Assembly: GCA_051942205.1 (NCBI GenBank)
Contig: JAVECO010000086.1
Location: 1 to 64,000 of the forward strand
Length of the DNA stretch: 64,000 nt
Origin: Coniocarpon cinnabarinum
Taxonomy: Eukaryota
Direction of reading: 5' to 3'
Shown here: positions 58,602-64,000 of the stretch, in pieces
Numbering within the stretch: the stretch's first letter is position 1
How the letters are laid out: each line of letters opens with the position of its first letter
Program-made: the position numbers and the translations under genes
Notes under the pieces: model-generated
What the model saw: the letters and a program-made list of their open reading frames with translations, nothing else
What the model was told of the DNA's origin: nothing
The model's database searches: none

Positions 58602-60138
58602 CGAAGCAACTTTGGTATGGCGAGTCTCCGACTCTTCATCAAAGAATAGCAATGGAAAATGGACTTCGTCACAAGACGTCGGTTGGCTGATAGTCCAGTT
58701 TAAGATGACAGTGAAAGTATAGGACTCATGAGAAGTGACTTTTACTCGCTACCATACTCCCTATTGCGTTGCTGTGTATCGAGTGATTGAGCTAAATGCT
58801 CCTTTATAATCATCATTTTGTTTAATTGCCCATGCGAAGGTGCGGCTGAGGCTAAGAATAGGTCATGCAGCGCAATCACGCCATTACTTGACACGCTCTT
58901 GTTAGAATTACATCTTTCAAGGCTGATGCAGTGCCTCGCGGAAGTATGCAACAACAATCTTTTCCTGCTTTCTCGATTCCTCGTCAGACTTGCAAAGCCC
59001 GGACCACTCAAGACGGATGTTATCAACATCAACTCGGGTATGTACACAGAAGTGCAGCACAATTTGTATCAAGCCGAAGCCGTTTTCGTCCATCTCCCAT
59101 GATACGACCGACGATTGGACAAACACGAGCCGGTGACGCGTTTCTCAAAGGTCTCTGCAGCATGGTCCAGAGGTTGGTAGTAGACTATACGGCGTACCCA
59201 AAGTTCTCTTCTGCTCTAGTTCAAGATCCAGCACATGTAAATAACCAATTTCATTGCTTGTAGGCGCGGTGGTGTGGTGAGGATGAAAGTCGTTGCATAT
59301 TGCTTGCGCCACTCGGTCCTTACTAGATCCGAAAACAGGGTAGGTACCAGAAATTATGGGATCAGCACAGTGTACGCAGAGGCTAGCACATGGGGCACGC
59401 TGCAGAGCGTTGATGGCGTGCAACAATGGGCGGATATCAGTGCTTCTGTTGTACGTGTTGTCACACGGCTCAGGTGCGGCAGCGCTGGGCCGTATTCGAT
59501 AGGGTCATTGGGGAGAAAGTCAGCCGTCCCAAGCACAGTACAGTAGGACGGCAATCCACAATCGGAAGGGAGCCGCCGCCAACTTCTTTCCTTCCCCGAC
59601 CTCGATTTTGTGCAGAAGACTCAACAACGCAGCAGGCGGAATGTGCATGCTAAACCTGGATCTGATGCGCAACGCGGTGCACATAGCCGCACATGCTTTC
59701 GCCTGACAATGCACAAAATGCCTTTGAGCTGTGAGACTCCTGCAAGCCAAATCACGCCATCTGAAGCTTGAATGGCTATGGGAGCATAACAGCTGCATGC
59801 TATCGGAAAAGCATCAGGGATCAGTCGGTCAAGGTGTGTGTGAACACGGTGATGCCTAGTACGCCTACAGGTACAAGGCGTTTGTAACTCGGTCAATGAC
59901 ACAGGACGCAGAGATTGCGCTGATGTGTTGGATCTCGACACAACGCGGTAATGCTGCTCTCCTCCCCTTCTTCCAGAAAGAGCAATTCTGGTCTTGTCTG
60001 TATCTAGAAGGGGAGTAAGGGCAGTGATTAGCTATATATAAATATTTCTGGTCTTTTGCCACTCAATCGCCGCGTATGCTATGGCTGTTTCCAGACGCCA
60101 TCAGGACCAAACAAACCTGTTCAGCTGATGTGTACGTC

Positions 60139-61766
60139 ATGCACCAGCTAAGATGGGTTCTGACAGCTTTCTCCGCATTTGTGATTCTTGTTCGGACTGA
60201 GTCTGCGGATAAGTATGAGCCTCGAGCTTTTCCAAATGCTTCCTCATCGCTATGGCCATATCAGACATTCAAATCTGCGCCCTTCAACCCCCCGGTGCTC
60301 GAAATTCAGACTTTCGACAGCCAAATTCTCAGTGATGGCCTCATCCTTATCACGCCAAATAATGGTAGTCCTGAAAATGCTACCAAGAAGACCGGGCCAG
60401 TCATAATGACCGATAAGGGGGAGCTGGTTTGGAGCGGACCCGACATTGTGTCGGCGAATTTGCGCACTGCTGACTTCGAGAACGATACAATATTGACATA
60501 CTGGAGCGGTACCGCAACCGCCCAGCCCAATTCAGGCCACGGTTATGGCAACGTCACTTTTCTTGATGCATCGTACAACGAGGTGCTGGTCGTGTGTCCT
60601 CAGTTCAACCTTGTCACGCCGGACAACATTCGTTATCCCTGCGAGGCAGACATCCATGAATCGCATGTCACGAATCGAGACACGATCATTGTATCAGCAT
60701 ACAACGCAACGCCCACGGATCTGTCAGTCCTAGATGGCGGACCGAAGGACGGATGGGTCTTTGATTGTCTCTTCTACGAGTTGGACCCCCGAACTCGAGA
60801 AGTTTTGTTTCGTTGGAGTGCCTTGGAGCATGTTACTGTTGAAGCCACAAAGTATCCATTACGCGGTACAGGAGCCAACCAATCCATTCCATTTGATTAC
60901 TTCCACATCAATTCAATCGTCTTATTAGGAGATGGCTATCTCGTCAATTCCCGTCATACGTTCAGCGTCTACCTGATTAGCCCCACAGGTGAAATCGAAT
61001 GGACTCTGTCGGGTGAAGATGGTGGTGACTTTGGCACTTTGCCCAAGAACGGACAGTTTGTAGGTGGTAGTCCTGGTAATTATGGTCGGATAGCATGCTC
61101 ATGCATATCTAGGCTTGGCAACATCACGTCCGTCCGCGCGCATCCACGAACACTTCGCTCACCATTACCCTGTTTAATAACTTCAACAGCGAAGTCTCAA
61201 ACGGTAGTTCTCCTTCGACTGGGCTTGAGCTTTTGCTTCCACTACCTCCAAACTCATCTGTTCCTGTTGTACATGAGGATCTCTTTGTCGCCGATGCGCC
61301 AGTGTTTGCTGAAACTCAAGGGTCGCTTCAGATACTGCCTAATGGCAATTTCTTTGAAGACTACGGTCAAATTTCTCTGGTCCGTGAGTGGAGTTCAGAG
61401 GGAGTCTTGGCGTGGTCAGGCCGTTTCGGAGCCGATAATCTTGTGCAGAGCTATCGCGGCTTCAAAACGGAATGGCATGGAAGACCTGCCTCGCCTCCAA
61501 GTCTGTTCGTAGAGTCGACAGATTCTACGTCGAATACCACGGGCAACCGTACCGTTGATGCTTATGTAAGCTGGAACGGTGCGACAGACGTAACGGCATG
61601 GGTGGTATACGAAGGATCCTCAGGGCAGGAATTGCACAGATCTAATCAGGTAGTGTACCAGGGCTTTGAGACTAACTTCATCGCAAATGGACCATGTGTA
61701 CAGGTCGCGTCTATTGTCGACGACGAGGAGGGATTAAGGTCGCCGATCACGTGCGCTGCGCTGTAA
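60139..61766 (+). CDS. Secreted arylsulfotransferase (ASST) family protein (2 exons)
   Basis: Signal peptide; DIHES, FDYFHINS, YLVNSRHT; intron 61060-61112 restores FAWQHHVR; TQGSLQILPNGN, SYRGFK, YVSWNGAT. Confidence 0.88.
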
Positions 61767-62541
61767 AGTATTGAGTTTGTTCGGTTGCTGCATTCCCTGG
61801 CCTTAGCTATGGAGTGTTGGATCAGAATGTTGGATCAGAGTGGTGGACGTTTCAATTTGACAACTGAGAGCTCTACCCTTATCTTGTAACATTAATGGTA
61901 CATAATCTCACATCGGTCGCGTCAGGAAACCGTACCTTATGCTCAGTATCGATCATCATCTGTCTTATCCGACGATTCGTCTTTGCTTGTATCCTGATTT
62001 GTCTTAAAGGCGAGATCAAGCTGCGGCGTTCTGTCTTTTGATCATATATGTTATAGTGAAGCAATTGATGTTCCCAACCTCAAAGCAGTCAGGCCTGGCA
62101 CTTGCGGTAGTGAAGGGTGATCTTATTCCGTGTAGCAGAGACCTCTTGGGATGCATAAGATTTCCGTCGGACCCGAGCGGGCTGAATGTTGACTAAGACA
62201 CAATTGTCTGGCAAGATCGTAATTTGGTGGAGATTGTGGATGGGGTGCCTTCCGAAACCGTTATCATCTGCTTCCGTGCCATGAAATGCAGACAGTTCAC
62301 AGAAAGTTTTCCCATGCATAATTTTGAGTCAGTATAGACTACGTCTTGGGACTGAACCGAACCTAATGATTTGGCAAGATTTCTCCTATGCGCTTAGGTA
62401 CCAGTATGCCCAGTGGCTTGCCAGACATGAAAAAAATCAGTGTGTGGGGATCCCCTGCAATCGCGCAGTCGTCGGTATGCCCAATGAAATGTCCAGAACA
62501 AGCTCGATTTGCAGTCTCGATCTCTGTCCGTCTGCATTCTC

Positions 62542-63186
62542 TCACCCTTCTCTGGATCGCCATCTTTGGTACTCTCCTCTCCAGTCATCTTCACCTTGAC
62601 CCGAAATACCGGCTCCAACCTGTTTTTCTTTTTCTCCAACACATCGTTCTCCTAGAATACCCCAGCTTCTACTCCTCACGATCCGCTCTACACCCTGCTC
62701 ATTCGCCAAAACGGATCTCAATTGCTGCGTATTGGATTCACGATTGTAGCTATAGTCCCTTGCGCTGTATGGATCCAATCTTTCATCAGTCGGTTGTACA
62801 TTGCCCCAAAAGTCTCTATGTTCTGCGCCAGACGCCTCCTGTTCAGTGGACGCAACAGCCGCATCGGGTGAGACAGCGACGTTGGAACAGTAACTCAACA
62901 CATCATCTCTGCTCCGCCAATTGGGGAAGAGGACTTCATCCTTGAACCGCGCGCATGTTTCGCCGGAGATGTTTCTTCTGTTACCACGCGGGGGAGGTTC
63001 AGGTTGCGTCGGTGTGCTCGAAAAGAGGGAAGGACGGGAGGGTGTGAGCATGGCGTTCAGATGTGTAGAGATACTGTCATCGACTGTGGAGCGGGAAAGG
63101 CGGAGGAAGTCTTGCAGAGCAGTCGCATTCACACAGAATTGCGGCGTCAGGATTGGCTCGGGCGCTGGTGGTGGGCGCTGAGCCAT
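62542..63186 (-). CDS. MIX23: Mitochondrial intermembrane-space protein Mix23/Cid2
   Basis: LTPQFC..ALQDFLRLSRSTVDDSI, CARFKDEVLFPNWRSRDDVLSYC, DERLDPYSAR, EQGVERIVRSRSW; ATG 63186. Confidence 0.88.
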   Translation of the reverse strand: MAQRPPPAPEPILTPQFCVNATALQDFLRLSRSTVDDSISTHLNAMLTPSRPSLFSSTPTQPEPPPRGNRRNISGETCARFKDEVLFPNWRSRDDVLSYCSNVAVSPDAAVASTEQEASGAEHRDFWGNVQPTDERLDPYSARDYSYNRESNTQQLRSVLANEQGVERIVRSRSWGILGERCVGEKEKQVGAGISGQGEDDWRGEYQRWRSREG

Positions 63187-63592
63187 GATCGTAAACGGCG
63201 GACGCAGCCCGGCTACTGCAATGACGGTGGTGGGCGAAGAATGGAGGTTTCCAGCACCTTTCAGTCCCGGGTCAACCGCGGTTCTATTTGCTTTGTTTTC
63301 AGCCGAGGGCGCTGAGGAGAGGGATGGAGTACGTGACCACAGAAGATCGGACAGCATGGACAAGAGCGCAAAGGTCAATTGTTACGGGTTGACCAGGGAA
63401 AAGATTCCGAGTATGGAGTCAGCTATACATAGCTCGAGGCTTCCGGTGGGTTGATAAACATGCGTCAGACTGAAGAGATGTCATGGCTGTGTTTCGATGG
63501 AACAAGTCATTGGTCTATTTGTCCACCCAAACATTACAATAGCAGGACAATAAATATCGCAATCACATGATGTCATCTACACGTCGCCACGG

Positions 63593-63609
63593 ACGCGTTG
63601 GGAGCGCGT
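63593..63609. promoter_or_regulatory. MCB-like cell-cycle elements (ACGCGT, GCGCGT)
   Basis: ACGCGT at 63593-63598 and GCGCGT at 63604-63609, just upstream of the putative ligase gene. Confidence 0.45.
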
Positions 63610-63644
63610 CTTCTGCCTAATCGTGTGCTTGCTGCATTGGGATT

Positions 63645-64000
63645 ATGCGACAATGTTGCCTTGATCGGAGCCTTTTACCGACTGTCGTTCCAAAAGCAAG
63701 GCTTTCCCCTCCGTATCTCTCGCTTCGCCCCTCTCCAAATGTTGCTCGCTGCTATAATCATACCAGAGCTTCTCCGCCTTCTACAGAACGACTTCCCCGG
63801 GCCTGTCGAAAAGGCCTCTCTTGGTGTAGCTCTACTCGATTTCGCGCTCATTTTCTGGCTGGTCAAGTTTCTCATCGAGTGCTACACTGGTCTTCACTGG
63901 ATAGACGCAGAGCTTCTTCATCCGCCCGCCGGCACGTCATAGGCACCGACAATCTGTCTCAAACCCGCTATACCATGGCGCCAAAACAGGCCACATTAGG
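63645..64000 (+). CDS. 5' end of probable DNA ligase I (truncated by window edge)
   Basis: Frame is open from ATG 63645 to the edge; second ATG 63975 gives MAPKQATL, matching the start of the PKQATLxxFF PIP box of yeast Cdc9. Only eight full codons of the conserved part are visible. Confidence 0.5.
   Translation, partial: MRQCCLDRSLLPTVVPKARLSPPYLSLRPSPNVARCYNHTRASPPSTERLPRACRKGLSWCSSTRFRAHFLAGQVSHRVLHWSSLDRRRASSSARRHVIGTDNLSQTRYTMAPKQATL

Noticed and set aside
58900..59620. Fragmentary minus-strand ORFs suggesting a gene relic
   Set aside because: No recognisable domain or consistent splice model.

Overview
Gene-dense eukaryotic DNA from a filamentous ascomycete (Pezizomycotina): short GT-AG introns with CTRAC/CTAAY-type branch sites and about 27 genes. 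Conserved housekeeping genes (TRS65-like, cpc-1/GCN4, nucleoside hydrolase, GLE1, SSD1/gul-1, IML2, ACL4, ASNSD1-like, SPC25, VPS9, RRN6-like, MIX23, probable start of DNA ligase I) alternate with accessory-looking blocks. The block at about 20-43 kb holds two small Gly-rich paralogs, an AAA ATPase, a disrupted CorA-like gene, ACC deaminase, an F-box gene and two Nudix genes. The block at about 55-62 kb holds a Cys-rich secreted protein, a PTH11-like membrane protein and an arylsulfotransferase. The richest signal is translational control at cpc-1/GCN4: a Met-Ala-stop uORF1, a 53-codon uORF2, a 177-codon stop-free in-frame extension with near-cognate starts, and two TGACTCA sites. Other notable items: a likely dual-AUG (mitochondrial/nuclear) ligase start and several spliced small genes absent from the ORF track. 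I saw no tRNA, rRNA, CRISPR array or intact transposon, and I cannot claim a wholly new multi-gene system. All family calls come from motif recognition by eye, not database searches.
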